From: Trueperaceae bacterium
GTDB taxonomy: Bacteria > Deinococcota > Deinococci > Deinococcales > Trueperaceae
Length of the DNA: 64,000 nt
Assembly (NCBI GenBank): GCA_965214405.1
Contig: OZ243956.1
Location: 3,456,001 to 3,520,000 of the forward strand
Direction: 5' to 3'
The notes beneath the pieces were generated by a model, which worked only from the letters and a program-made list of their open reading frames with translations, did not search any database and was not told where the DNA came from. Positions within the stretch are counted from its first letter, which is position 1; every line of letters starts with the position of its first letter. Made by a program: the position numbers and the translations under genes. This document shows positions 1 to 10,352 of this stretch, piece after piece.

Positions 1-74
1 TCTACTTTCCAATGGACGTGCGCTACACCGCCCTCATCGTCCCGCCCGGCGGAACGTTTACGGGTTGGCCGTAA
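1..74 (+). CDS. 3' end of an upstream gene (partial)
   Basis: Open frame YFPMDVRYTALIVPPGGTFTGWP ends at TAA 72-74 with host-like codon usage. Confidence 0.4.
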   Translation, partial: YFPMDVRYTALIVPPGGTFTGWP

Positions 75-238
75 CGGAGCTCCGCGCGGACGCCTCTTAC
101 CGGCTCCCACACCGCCATGAGGTACACTGGAGGAAACGGGTTCGCGTGTAAGGCGCGTCGGTTTGCTCTGGTGCTGCTCCGGTACCCCCGCGAGGCTACC
201 CGGACGCCCGGAAGCGCGAGCGTAGAGGGAGGACTCTC

Positions 239-1012
239 TTGGCAGGTCACAGTAAATGGTCGCAAATCAAGCGCAAAAAGGCGGCCAATGACAATCAGCG
301 CGGTAAGGCGATCAGCAAACACATTCGGGCCATCCAGGCCGCGGTGCGGAGCGGCGGCGGCGGCGACCCCAGCGCCAACTTAGCGCTCAAAAATGCCCTC
401 TCAGCCGCCAAAACCGACGACGTGCCGCAGGACAACATCGACCGCGCCATCGAGCGCGCCCTGGGCGGGGCCGAGGGCAACGCGTTTGACGAGGTGGTTT
501 ACGAGGGGTACGGCCCGGCGGGCGTGGCAATCCTAGTCGAGGCGCTGACCGACAACCGCAACCGCACCGTGGCCGAGGTCCGGCGCGTCTTTAGCAAGCA
601 CGGCGGCAACATGTCGGGCAGCACCGCCTGGCAGTTCGACGCCAAGGGCGTCATCATCTTGCCCGACTCGAGCGAAGCGCAAGAACTCGCCATCGAACTT
701 GGGGCCGACGACCTAGAGGTAGACGACGGCTCGCTTACCGTCTATACGGAGGCTACCGACCTCTACCGGGTGGTCGAGGGTTTGCAGGAGGCGTCGTTCG
801 AGCCCGAGGTGAGCCAGCTCACCAAGCTTCCGCAACTCGAGGCCTCACTAAGCTGTGAAGACGCGGACAAGGTTGTGCGGATGTTAGACGCGTTAGAAGA
901 ACTCGACGACGTGCAAAACGTCTACAGCACCGCGAACCTTGATGATGCCGGTAACCCTGGCATTGACCCCGGCGGCGACTCGAGCCCTGGCAACGCCGAA
1001 CTGGTAGGATAG
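239..1012 (+). CDS. yebC: YebC/PmpR family regulator
   Basis: MAGHSKW N-terminus, [24 protein letters not shown] motifs; GGAGG RBS before TTG. Confidence 0.95.
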   Translation: MAGHSKWSQIKRKKAANDNQRGKAISKHIRAIQAAVRSGGGGDPSANLALKNALSAAKTDDVPQDNIDRAIERALGGAEGNAFDEVVYEGYGPAGVAILVEALTDNRNRTVAEVRRVFSKHGGNMSGSTAWQFDAKGVIILPDSSEAQELAIELGADDLEVDDGSLTVYTEATDLYRVVEGLQEASFEPEVSQLTKLPQLEASLSCEDADKVVRMLDALEELDDVQNVYSTANLDDAGNPGIDPGGDSSPGNAELVG

Positions 1013-1015
1013 GTC

Positions 1016-1741
1016 ATGATCACCGCAAAAGAAGCCATGACGATGCCCACCCTCTCCTGGGAGGGCGTACAAAAGGTGTCCGCCACCCAGATGGAGCAAA
1101 TCCTGATGCTGGCGACGGGTAAGTACGGCCTCGACGCGCGCCTGTTGGTCGAGCACGCGGGGCGCGACCTAGCCGACCTCGCGTGTTACTTGGCTCCCGA
1201 GGGGCCGATTTTGGTGGTGGCGGGGCGCGGGCATAACGGCAGCGGCGGGCTGGCGGCGGCGCGGCACCTCGCCTCGAGGGGCCGTCACGTGTTCGTCGTG
1301 CCCACGCACGAGGCGGAAAACTATTCGGGCGTGCCCAAAGAGCAGCTCGAGCACCTCAAACACTTCAAAAACGTGCGCGTCAGGTCGAGCTTGCCCAAGA
1401 TGAAATACGCCTGCGCGATAGACGCCGCGGTGGGCACGCGCTTGGAGGGACCGCCGCGCGGCCGCACCCTCGACGTGATTACCGTTCTCAACAACATGGA
1501 AGGCTGCGTCATCTCATTGGACGCGCCCACCGGTATGAACGTCGACGACGGCTCCATCCCCGGCGACATCGTCAGCGCGACCGCGACGCTGAGCTTAGGG
1601 CTGCCCAAACAGGGCGTAAAACCGGGCGGCGACGTTGGCGACCTCTACTTGGGCGACCTGGGCATCCCGCCCATGCTCTACGCCGACGCGGGGCTCGAGC
1701 CCATGTCCCTGCCCGGCTGGGTCACCAGGATTAGCAGCTAG
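1016..1741 (+). CDS. nnrE: NAD(P)H-hydrate epimerase, stand-alone YjeF N-terminal domain
   Basis: LVEHAG, GRGHNGSGG loop, IDAAVGT, SLDAPTG, LGLPK, DLGIP motifs. Confidence 0.85.
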   Translation: MITAKEAMTMPTLSWEGVQKVSATQMEQILMLATGKYGLDARLLVEHAGRDLADLACYLAPEGPILVVAGRGHNGSGGLAAARHLASRGRHVFVVPTHEAENYSGVPKEQLEHLKHFKNVRVRSSLPKMKYACAIDAAVGTRLEGPPRGRTLDVITVLNNMEGCVISLDAPTGMNVDDGSIPGDIVSATATLSLGLPKQGVKPGGDVGDLYLGDLGIPPMLYADAGLEPMSLPGWVTRISS

Positions 1742-2660
1742 GGTCTGTCTGACTAATCAAAGCCAGAGGATGATGGAGGCGAGGAGCACACCAGCACGGT
1801 AGTTTCTGCCGCGTTTGTCGTAGCGGGTGGCAACGGCGCGAAAGTCTTTAAGTCGGTTGATGCAGCGTTCGACCACGTTACGTCCTTTGTAGGCTTGCTT
1901 ATCGAAAGCAGGAGGTCGTCCACCTTTTGTGCCCTTAGACAAGCGAGACTTCTTGGCATCTTCGCGCTCGGGGCTGATACAGATGATGCCCCTGCGCCTT
2001 AGTATCTTCCGCTGCTTGTTGAAACCATAAGCGCGGTCGAGTCTAAGCTGAGGGGGGCGCTTACGCGGTCGCCCTCTGCCAAGGCGGGGCACATAAATCT
2101 CGTCCAAGACCGGCTCTAGCCAAGCGGCGTCGTTGCGCTGTCCCGCCGTGATGACCACGGACAGGGGTCGCACTTTGCCGTCCGCGCAGGTATGCACCTT
2201 GCTGGTGTGGCCTCCGCGTGAGTGTCCCAGCCACTCGTCTGCTAAGGTCCCCTTTTTTCACCCTCAGCAGGCCGCTTCCTCGCCCCGCTGGCGCTGCGGT
2301 GCGCTTTAATATGAGAGCTGTCTAACGCTGCGCCGTCCCAATCAATCTCACCCGCCGCATCGGCGTGAGCTTGAAGCCTGTGCAGGATGCGCTTCCAGAC
2401 ACCGTTGCGCTCCCACCTCGTGAAGCGGTCCCAGCAGGTCTGCCAAGGTCCGTAGCGTTCAGGAACGTCGCGCCAGGGAGCGCCTGTTTTCAAGCGCCAC
2501 GAAATGCCGTTGATGACCTGTCGGTGGTTGCGGTAGTTGTGACCCCGTTGGGGATTGGGGGGTAGATGCGGTTTTAGTGCTTGCCACTGCTGCTCTTTTA
2601 GGTCTGTTCGTGCCATACGCCTACCCTAAACCATCTTCATCCCTTCTGTCAGACAGACCC
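1741..2660 (-). mobile_element. IS5-family (IS427-like) insertion sequence
   Basis: 13-bp TIRs GGGTCTGTCTGAC (1741) and GTCAGACAGACCC (2648-2660); flanking TA duplication in CTAG context; split transposase. Confidence 0.92.
1757..2616 (-). CDS. IS5 transposase, orfA 2242-2616 plus orfB joined by -1 frameshift
   Basis: orfA has [16 protein letters not shown]; orfB has [27 protein letters not shown]; slippery AAAAAAGGGG at about 2249-2258. Confidence 0.9.
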
Positions 2661-2974
2661 TAGCTTAACTTGCAAGGTGGTGTGTAGGCTGGTCGCAGGC
2701 AGGCTCGAGAAGCGTTTGCTGAACCCGGACGGTTTGTAAGAAACTGGTGACGTTCTCGTAAGAACGCCGTGACAGCCTCTCTTGTACCTTGATGTCGGGC
2801 GGGCAATCTGCATCACACCCTCCACCCCCGCCCTTTTTAGACGAAGTCACCCCCGGCACGCGCTGGGGGTGTTTGATTTGCAAAACCTTAACTTCATGAA
2901 GCCCCCAATGTGAGGCCGCGTTGCGATGTTACGCCCAGCCCTTTTCTAAACTTTTATTTGAAGGGAAGGTGCCT

Positions 2975-3442
2975 ATGTTAAACCGGTTGAAAGTTACAGG
3001 AATCGTCGTCTTATTCGCTCTCACCCTCCCCGCGCTCGCGCACGCGCAGGGCGTGTATCTCGGCGGGAGCGGGTCGCTGCCCTTAAGCTCCGGGTTTAGC
3101 GCGCAACTCGGGGTGAGTCTCTTCTCGCCTTTTGAGCTTCGCGCGGTTCTCGGGAGCGGCGAAAATATTACCGACATAGAGTCCGCGGGGGCCGACGCGC
3201 TCTTTAACGTTGGCTTGCCCTCGAGCCGCCTCTACTTGGGCGCGGGCGCGGAGGCGCTATTTAACACCCCGCCCTCGTCCATCGGGGACGCCCGCGCGAG
3301 CCGCTTCGGCGTCCACGCGGTCGGCGGCGGCGAACTGCGCGTGGGTTCGCTAGGCGTGTTTGGCGAGGTGCAGCCGGGGTTTTTGCTCGAGCCCTCCGAA
3401 GGCACCTTTCAAACGCGCGTGGGCGTGAACTTGCACTTTTAA
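2975..3442 (+). CDS. Small outer-membrane beta-barrel-like protein
   Basis: Signal peptide (ALAHAQ), amphipathic beta strands, C-terminal VGVNLHF. Confidence 0.7.
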   Translation: MLNRLKVTGIVVLFALTLPALAHAQGVYLGGSGSLPLSSGFSAQLGVSLFSPFELRAVLGSGENITDIESAGADALFNVGLPSSRLYLGAGAEALFNTPPSSIGDARASRFGVHAVGGGELRVGSLGVFGEVQPGFLLEPSEGTFQTRVGVNLHF

Positions 3443-3474
3443 GGGCAAAAGAGCGTACCTGAGTAGCAAATTGA

Positions 3475-3500
3475 AAAGCTTAACCTATACGGTTAGCTTT
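3475..3500. terminator. Hairpin between convergent genes
   Basis: AAAGCTTAACC-tatac-GGTTAGCTTT. Confidence 0.4.
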
Positions 3501-3562
3501 CAGCTTTGGCTGGAGGCTAACCCTTTTTGTGTTAACTGCGCATTTGGTCCCAAAGGCAAGCG

Positions 3563-3880
3563 CTAGGGCTTAACGCTCACGAAGTAGATACAGCCAAGCA
3601 GCGACGCGCTGATGACGGAGACGGCGAAGCCCCTGCCCGTTCGTGAGGGCAAATTTGTTTCAGAATCGGCCAAGATGATCGTAGCAACCACCCAACGGTT
3701 AAAGTGAAAAACGCCGTAGCCACCCAAGAGACCCACCACCGTCCAAAGCGCGAAACGTTGGGCGGCGACTTCGTACGGACTTGTCGGCGGCGTGGCGAGC
3801 GGCCAGGCGGAGGTGAGGCCAGAGAGGGTGGTGAAACAGAAAATCACCCAGAACTCGAGCATGAGCAGGACCTGTATCAC
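3563..3880 (-). CDS. Hypothetical membrane protein
   Basis: 105 aa with three hydrophobic segments. Confidence 0.45.
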   Translation of the reverse strand: MIQVLLMLEFWVIFCFTTLSGLTSAWPLATPPTSPYEVAAQRFALWTVVGLLGGYGVFHFNRWVVATIILADSETNLPSRTGRGFAVSVISASLLGCIYFVSVKP

Positions 3881-3979
3881 CCCCTTATTTTATAGCCTCT
3901 TTACGGTGCGCGTTCCCCCACTCCTCAACAAAGCGTATAATCTTCCCAACAAAGGGCGGCGCGAGGTACGGGAGGACTC

Positions 3980-5239
3980 ATGGGAGACGCTACAGGTAAA
4001 AAGATTGGCTTGTTGCTCGGCGCGGAAGAGGATTGGCCGCGCACCTTAGAGGCGCTCGTGCGGCGCTTCGGCACGCTTTCTTACAAGGGAAAAACGTACA
4101 AGCTAGAAACCGAACGCATCCGCATTCACCCTTTTAACCTGCGCGACCCCGTGAGTTACGACGTGGTCATCGACCGGCTCGCTTGGTGGCACCCCAACCC
4201 GCGCGAATGGCTCAAGAAAGCGGCGCTCTTAAACGACCTCTATTTGCTCAATAACCCCTTTACCTTTCAGAGCATGGAAAAACACTCGGCCTACTGCGCC
4301 ATGCTGCGGCTCGGCCTCAACATCCCCGAAACCGTGCTCGTCCCGCCCAAGTACGGCCCCGACAACGCGCGCTACAAGATTACGGCGAACAAATACCACG
4401 ACCTTTTCAGCCTGCCAGACATCGCCTCACAACTTAGCTACCCGCTCTTTATGAAGCCCTTTGACGGCGGCGGCTGGCGGGGGGTGAGCCGCGTCGACAA
4501 TGAGGCGGAACTTATGGCGGCGTATGACGCCTCGAGCGGGACCATGATGCACCTCCAAAAGGGCCTGGTTCCCTTCGAGGTGTTTGTCCGCTCTTTGGGT
4601 GTGGGGCCGCAAGTGATTTCTTTAAAGTACGACCCCGGCGAGCCTATGCACAACCGCTACGCCGTCTCGCACGACTTCTTGAGCGCGGAACAGGGCCTCG
4701 AGGTCCGCGCCATCACGAAAATCATCAACGCCTTTTTCCGCTGGGACTTTAACTCGTGCGAGGCGATTCTTAAAAACGGCACGCTCTGGCCGATGGACTT
4801 CGCCAACGCCTGCCCGGACGTGGCGCTGACAAGCCTCCACTACTATTTCCCCTGGGCCATCACCTCGCTCTACGCCTGGAGCGCCTTTTGCGCCGTGACC
4901 GACAGGCCCATGCGCGTCAACATGGACGTGCAGCCCTTTTTCGAGATTGCCGATTCGGAGCGCTCGTACGGGGAAAAGCTCGAGGCTTACGAAAAGCTAG
5001 CCGACGCGCATTTTCAAACCGAGGCCTTTGAGGAGTTCCGGCACACTGTGCTCAAAGATTTGGACGACGCGGTCTGGGACCTCGTCACGAGCCGCGAGTT
5101 TGAGGCCATTTTGGAGGAGACCGTGCGCGCCACCTTCCCGCCGCACGAGCAAGAGGAGTTTCGCGCGCACTTCCGCGGCCTCCTGGGCCACTGGGTCGAG
5201 AGCAACGCGCCCCAAAAGAACACACCGCAGGAGGCCTGA
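3980..5239 (+). CDS. ATP-grasp (RimK/GshB-like) ligase
   Basis: IPETVLVP, YPLFMKPFDGGGWRGV, FNSCE...MDFANACPD; GGAGG RBS. Confidence 0.85.
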   Translation: MGDATGKKIGLLLGAEEDWPRTLEALVRRFGTLSYKGKTYKLETERIRIHPFNLRDPVSYDVVIDRLAWWHPNPREWLKKAALLNDLYLLNNPFTFQSMEKHSAYCAMLRLGLNIPETVLVPPKYGPDNARYKITANKYHDLFSLPDIASQLSYPLFMKPFDGGGWRGVSRVDNEAELMAAYDASSGTMMHLQKGLVPFEVFVRSLGVGPQVISLKYDPGEPMHNRYAVSHDFLSAEQGLEVRAITKIINAFFRWDFNSCEAILKNGTLWPMDFANACPDVALTSLHYYFPWAITSLYAWSAFCAVTDRPMRVNMDVQPFFEIADSERSYGEKLEAYEKLADAHFQTEAFEEFRHTVLKDLDDAVWDLVTSREFEAILEETVRATFPPHEQEEFRAHFRGLLGHWVESNAPQKNTPQEA

Positions 5240-5241
5240 CG

Positions 5242-6360
5242 GTGTCGCTCAAACAACCCTCGCTCACGGTCGGCATCGAAGAGGAATACCAGATTATCGA
5301 CCCCGAGACGCGCGAACTCAAAAGCTACATCACCCAGTTTCTGGAGAGCGACCACAGCGTCTTGCGTGAGCGCACCGTCAAGCCCGAACTCCACCAGAGC
5401 AGCATCGAGGTGGGCACCGCGCCCTGCGGCACGGTCCAAGAAGCCGGGGACGAACTCATCAGCCTGCGCTGCATGGTGGACGACATGGCGCGGAGCAAGG
5501 GCACGCGCATCGCCGCGGCAGGCACGCACCCCTTCTCGAGCTGGCAAACGCAGGAAATCAGTCCCTTCGAGCGTTATCAGGGGCTCTTAGACGACCTCCA
5601 GGACCTGGCCCGACAGACGCTCATTTTTGGGATGCACGTCCACATCGGTATCGAGGACGAAGAGTTTTTGATCGACACGATGAACACGCTGCGCTACATG
5701 CTGCCGCACGTGCTCGCGCTCTCCACCTCGTCGCCCTTTTGGGAGGGGCGCGACACGGGTCTGAAGAGTTACCGGCTGGCGCTTTTCAAGCGGTTCCCAA
5801 GGACGGGGCTGCCGCTCGAGTTTCTCTCCAACGCTGAGTACCGCGCCTTTATCGACATGCTGGTTCGCACCAACTGCGTCCCCGACGCCTCCAAAATCTG
5901 GTGGGACATGCGGCCTCACCACAAGTACCCGACCTTAGAGTTTCGCATTTGCGACCTCTGCACGAACGTGGACGACGCGATTTGCTGCGCCGCGCTCTTC
6001 CAGGCGTTGGTGCTAAAACACTACAAAATGCGCAAGGACAACATCTCGTTCCGCCGCTATCCGCTGGCGATGGTGGACGAGAACAAGTGGCGCGCGGTGC
6101 GCTACGGGGTGCAGGGCAAGTTTATCGACTTTGGGCGACAAGAAGAGCTGCCGACCAAAACGCTGCTCACCGAACTCGTCGGCTTTGTTGACGATGTGTT
6201 AGACGATTTGGGCACGCGCAAAGAGGTCGAGCACGTGTTTACCATTTTAGAAAGGGGCACCAGCGCGGCGCAGCAGATCAGGATTTTTGAGGAGACGGGG
6301 GACATGCGCAAGGTGGTGGACTGGGTGGTGGCGGAGACGATGGGGGGGTGCGGGAGTTAA
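5242..6360 (+). CDS. Carboxylate-amine ligase, YbdK/GCS2 family
   Basis: GIEEEYQIID, AGTHPF, FGMHVHIG, SSPFW.GRDTG, WWDMRP, TLEFRICD, ENKWRA.RYG. Confidence 0.92.
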   Translation: MSLKQPSLTVGIEEEYQIIDPETRELKSYITQFLESDHSVLRERTVKPELHQSSIEVGTAPCGTVQEAGDELISLRCMVDDMARSKGTRIAAAGTHPFSSWQTQEISPFERYQGLLDDLQDLARQTLIFGMHVHIGIEDEEFLIDTMNTLRYMLPHVLALSTSSPFWEGRDTGLKSYRLALFKRFPRTGLPLEFLSNAEYRAFIDMLVRTNCVPDASKIWWDMRPHHKYPTLEFRICDLCTNVDDAICCAALFQALVLKHYKMRKDNISFRRYPLAMVDENKWRAVRYGVQGKFIDFGRQEELPTKTLLTELVGFVDDVLDDLGTRKEVEHVFTILERGTSAAQQIRIFEETGDMRKVVDWVVAETMGGCGS

Positions 6361-6420
6361 GAGGAGGATTTTTACACGCGTATCCACCATCCAGTCGATT
6401 ACTGCTGTAAAATAGTCACA

Positions 6421-8112
6421 ATGATTGATACTTTACACCTGAAGTCCGGGCGTGTTCCTGGAGCGCCCGGCACAACAATTAGGCTCGAGCCGATCACTAT
6501 TTTTGTCGGCCCTAACAATTCAGGAAAAAGTAAAGTTCTTTCTGAGATCGAACAATACTGTCGAAGCGGTTCTTATACTTCTACTCCCCGTCTAATTCTG
6601 GAGAGCTTGGAATTTACCGGCGCTTCAGCAGATAAGGCGACCGCAGCCGTTGACCGTATGACATTGGTTCCTAATCCTGGAGACACAGTTTATGAAGACC
6701 ACATATACATACCTTACCGCGATAGCTCGTCTGGCCGTATAGATGTTGAGCGTAGACTACTCATTAGAAAAATACAAAATCCTGCCGAAGACCTTTCAGG
6801 TTTTTGCCAATTGATTGTTGATCCCAAAACCCTGATGCTTGACGGTAGAACACGCATTGACCTTATCGATGAGCAAGCCGCAGGCGATCTTCAGTCACAG
6901 CCACAGACAAGTTTGCAGACGTTGTTTCAAGACGACGGCAAACGTGAAGAAGTACGCCGTATCATTGAAAGAGCATTTGGCAGGTACTTTGTCGTTGATC
7001 CGACTCATTTAGGATACTTACGTATTAAATTTGCCGAGCACCCTCCTAGTGCTTCAGAGGAGCGGTGCCTCAATAATGAAGCGATACAGTATTATGCTAA
7101 AGCGTTGCCCATAGAAAATTTTGGCGATGGCGTGAAGGCCTTCACAGGAATGATCACAGAGTTAGTGGCTGGCGATCCACAGATCGTTTTGGTCGATGAG
7201 CCGGAAGCCTTCCTTCACCCTCCGCTAGCGGTGAGACTTGGTGCTGAGCTTTCAAAAGCTGCTAAAACAACCGATAAAAGGGTCTTCATCTCAACTCATA
7301 GTCCAGCGTTTGTGATGGGCTGTGTACAATCTGGGGTCCCGCTCAATATTGTAAGGCTCACTTACCAGGAAGGTGTTGCTACCTCGAGGGTTCTGCCCAG
7401 CAGCGAGGTTTCACGATTAATGAGAAACCCACTTCTGCGCTCAACTGGGGTGTTGAGTGGCTTGTTCTACGAAGCTGTCGTAGTCACCGAAGGAGACACT
7501 GATCGCGCGTTTTATCAAGAAGTGAACGAACGCTTGCTAAGGCTTAAGCCAGAATGGGGAATATCTAATTGCCTTTTTATCAACGCCCAAAATAAACAAA
7601 CGATTCACACAATTGTAAATCCTTTAAGAAAGCTCGGCATTCCTGCGGCTGGGGTTGTAGATGTTGATGTTATGAAAGAGGGTGGTACGGTGTGGACCAA
7701 CTTGTTAAAAGGCATCCACATTCCTACTGGTTCTCATAAAGCGCTTTCAGAACTAAGACTTTCCATACATCAGGCTTCGAAAGCCATTGAAGAAGATATT
7801 GGTAAAAAGCTGAAGCGAGATGGGGGCATCTCCGTTTTGGGGGCAGATGAAAAAGAAACAGCCGAAAATCTGTTAGAGCAGCTTGCCAACTATGGTGTTT
7901 TTGTTGTTCCGGGTGGTGAATTAGAGTCTTGGCTAAAGCACCTAGATGTCAGTGGACTTAAAACAGACTGGCTAATCAACATGTTCGAGCGTATGGGAGA
8001 AGACCCTGATGCTCCTGATTACGTGCGTCCTGCCGATGACGACGTATGGCAGTTTATGTCAAAAACAAAAGCGTGGCTAACAGACCCAAAGCGCAAAGGT
8101 ATTCCCTCATAG
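6421..8112 (+). CDS. OLD-family ABC ATPase-TOPRIM nuclease
   Basis: Walker A GPNNSGKS, Walker B VDEPEAFLHP, STHS, TOPRIM VTEGDTD and DVD; lower GC than flanks. Confidence 0.85.
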   Translation: MIDTLHLKSGRVPGAPGTTIRLEPITIFVGPNNSGKSKVLSEIEQYCRSGSYTSTPRLILESLEFTGASADKATAAVDRMTLVPNPGDTVYEDHIYIPYRDSSSGRIDVERRLLIRKIQNPAEDLSGFCQLIVDPKTLMLDGRTRIDLIDEQAAGDLQSQPQTSLQTLFQDDGKREEVRRIIERAFGRYFVVDPTHLGYLRIKFAEHPPSASEERCLNNEAIQYYAKALPIENFGDGVKAFTGMITELVAGDPQIVLVDEPEAFLHPPLAVRLGAELSKAAKTTDKRVFISTHSPAFVMGCVQSGVPLNIVRLTYQEGVATSRVLPSSEVSRLMRNPLLRSTGVLSGLFYEAVVVTEGDTDRAFYQEVNERLLRLKPEWGISNCLFINAQNKQTIHTIVNPLRKLGIPAAGVVDVDVMKEGGTVWTNLLKGIHIPTGSHKALSELRLSIHQASKAIEEDIGKKLKRDGGISVLGADEKETAENLLEQLANYGVFVVPGGELESWLKHLDVSGLKTDWLINMFERMGEDPDAPDYVRPADDDVWQFMSKTKAWLTDPKRKGIPS

Positions 8113-8209
8113 GTGGCATGGTAAGAGAAAGTATCACTGTGAGCAAAAAGCATCTTATCGAGTTCAATGAGAATATCGTCAAGTTATTTCAACGCCGGAT
8201 TAAACACTA

Positions 8210-8752
8210 GTGGGTGGCTTTGTAACAGCGGTAAGCCGCAGCGGAACGCACACGTTTAGCAAACCGAACGAAAGCAGCATCCGCCTCCTCACCGGCTTGG
8301 GCGTTGAGGGTGACGCGCACGCGGGCGAGAGGGTCAAGCACCGCTCGAGGGTCGCCCAAGACCCCACCCAGCCCAACCTGCGCCAGGTCCACCTCATCCA
8401 CGCCGAATTGCACGACGAACTGCGGGAAGCGGGGTTTGAGGTGTCAGCCGGGGACATGGGCGAAAACATCACCACGCGCGGGGTTTATTTGCTCGGATTA
8501 CCAAGGGGCGCAAAGCTGCACTTGGGCGACGCGGCGGTGGTCGAGGTGATGGGCCTGCGCAACCCCTGCGCGCAGCTCGACCGTTTCCAGCCAGGTTTGA
8601 TGGCGGCGGTGTTGGGACGCGACGCGGACGGCAACCTCGTCCGCAAAGCGGGGGTTATGAGCGTTGTCTTGGCGGGCGGCGAGGTGCGGCCCGGTGACGC
8701 GGTTTATGTTGAGGAGCCGCCGGAGCCGTGGGAGAGGCTCGAGCGGGTCTGA
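8210..8752 (+). CDS. MOSC domain protein (YiiM-like)
   Basis: GVEGDAH, RQVHLI, GENITT, RNPCAQL, GEVRPGD. Confidence 0.9.
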   Translation: MGGFVTAVSRSGTHTFSKPNESSIRLLTGLGVEGDAHAGERVKHRSRVAQDPTQPNLRQVHLIHAELHDELREAGFEVSAGDMGENITTRGVYLLGLPRGAKLHLGDAAVVEVMGLRNPCAQLDRFQPGLMAAVLGRDADGNLVRKAGVMSVVLAGGEVRPGDAVYVEEPPEPWERLERV

Positions 8753-8822
8753 AAGAACTCGGCACACTCACAATTTGTAAATCACGCACCTCTCAGACCA
8801 AAGGCGACTGTAGAGCCGACAC

Positions 8823-8912
8823 CTACCGTTTGAGCAGCCGCGGATCATAGCCGAAAGGCTGCGCTTCGCCCACCATCACCTGCTCAGCATCCGGGTGGTT
8901 CGGGTTGAAAAG
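8823..8912 (-). pseudogene. C-terminal remnant of a RES-domain toxin
   Basis: Translates as LFNPNHPDAEQVMVGEAQPFGYDPRLLKR*, the typical RES C-terminus; no start or N-terminal part. Confidence 0.75.
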
Positions 8913-8913
8913 G

Positions 8914-9363
8914 TCAGTAGAACACCCCGTGCTCGACGCGGTGTAGCAGCCCTTCGACCTCGCGCGCGCCCAACTCGCTGTGGGCAAGCTCGAAGGGGGT
9001 CTGCCCGCCGAAGACCGGGCGCGGCGTCTGCATCCAGCGCCGCGCTAACGCCTCATCTCCTGTGACCTGAGTGGCCTGGGCGTAAAGTTCAGCGAGACGC
9101 ACCAAACGTTCAGACGGGCCGGGGCCGAGCGGTACACCCGCCTCCTCGCGCCGCTGCACCGTGCGTAGAGAGATGCCGACGGCTCTGGCGAGATTTTCGC
9201 GGGTCACCCCTGTGACTTTGCTGAACTGGTCGAAGGCGGCGGCTGACAGGCCCGCTTGCACGGCGCGAATCCGGGAAAGCGGCGCTGCCTGCGCCAAACC
9301 GAGCGCCGCTTCCCAGGCGCTCGGCTCTACCGGGAGCGGGATAAAATCGAAAACGGCCTTCAT
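8914..9363 (-). CDS. Xre/MbcA/ParS-type antitoxin (DUF2384)
   Basis: HTH GISLRTVQRR; SERLVRLAE...ARRWMQTP...GQTP...EHGVFY. Confidence 0.9.
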   Translation of the reverse strand: MKAVFDFIPLPVEPSAWEAALGLAQAAPLSRIRAVQAGLSAAAFDQFSKVTGVTRENLARAVGISLRTVQRREEAGVPLGPGPSERLVRLAELYAQATQVTGDEALARRWMQTPRPVFGGQTPFELAHSELGAREVEGLLHRVEHGVFY

Positions 9364-9601
9364 AAGGAACCTCCTAAAGCTTGTCGGAAATTATATGACA
9401 AGTGTCGCGTGAGCGTCGTTTATCGGTGATTTTCGCGCTTGCCACCAATGAAGCTCGCGCCTCAAGCCTCCCGCTCACGCCTTCAAACAAAAACAGTCGT
9501 AGAGCACCCCCTCGAGATGTTCTCACACCCCACATCCTCCCCCCACTTTCCATGTATCATCGTGCGGTGCGCGGTACCGCGCTGACCATCCCCACCTCAC
9601 G

Positions 9602-10342
9602 ATGAACGGACCCTCTATGAACCCACGCATCACCGTTTGGAACGAATTTAGACACGAGAAGAAAAACCCCAAAGTCGCCGAGATTTACCCCGACGGCATC
9701 CATACCGCCGTCGCCAAGCCGTTAAGGGACGCAGGTTTTGAAGTCCGTACGGCGACGCTCGATGAACCTGAACATGGCCTTGCCAAAGACGTGTTAGACA
9801 GTACCGATGTCCTCCTCTGGTGGGGCCACATGGCGCATGGCGAGGTGAGTGACGAGGTGGTGGACCGGGTGCAGGCGAGGGTTTTAGAAGGCATGGGCCT
9901 GATCGTTTTGCACTCAGGGCATTTTTCAAAACCCTTTAAGAGACTCATGGGTACAAGCTGCGACCTCAAGTGGCGCGAGGCGGGGGAGCGTGAGCGGCTG
10001 TGGGTGGTTGCGCCGGGGCACCCCATCGCCGCGGGGCTGGGCGAGTTTTTTGAAGTGCCCGAGGCGGAGATGTACGGCGAGCATTTTGACATCCCCGCGC
10101 CCGACGCGCTCGTGTTCGTGAGCTGGTTTGGGGGTGGCGAGGTGTTTCGGAGCGGCTGCTGCTTTTATAGAGGACGCGGCAGGATCTTTTACTTCCGCCC
10201 CGGTCACGAAACGTATCCTGTTTATTACCAGGCCGAGGTGCAGCGCGTGATCCAGAACGCGGTGCGCTGGGCCGCGCCGTCTGGCGACCCGGCGATGACG
10301 TACGGGCACCGCCCCGAACCTTTAGAAGCTCTCAACAAGTAA
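9602..10342 (+). CDS. thuA: Trehalose utilization protein ThuA
   Basis: [40 protein letters not shown]. Confidence 0.92.
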   Translation: MNGPSMNPRITVWNEFRHEKKNPKVAEIYPDGIHTAVAKPLRDAGFEVRTATLDEPEHGLAKDVLDSTDVLLWWGHMAHGEVSDEVVDRVQARVLEGMGLIVLHSGHFSKPFKRLMGTSCDLKWREAGERERLWVVAPGHPIAAGLGEFFEVPEAEMYGEHFDIPAPDALVFVSWFGGGEVFRSGCCFYRGRGRIFYFRPGHETYPVYYQAEVQRVIQNAVRWAAPSGDPAMTYGHRPEPLEALNK

Positions 10343-10352
10343 CGGAGACACC

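Noticed and set aside
123..238. Structured leader or riboswitch upstream of yebC
   Set aside because: GC-rich pairings are possible, but I could not recognise an aptamer or terminator.
2665..2920. Possible small ORF or RNA right of the first IS
   Set aside because: No convincing start signals, motif or extended structure beyond one short hairpin.
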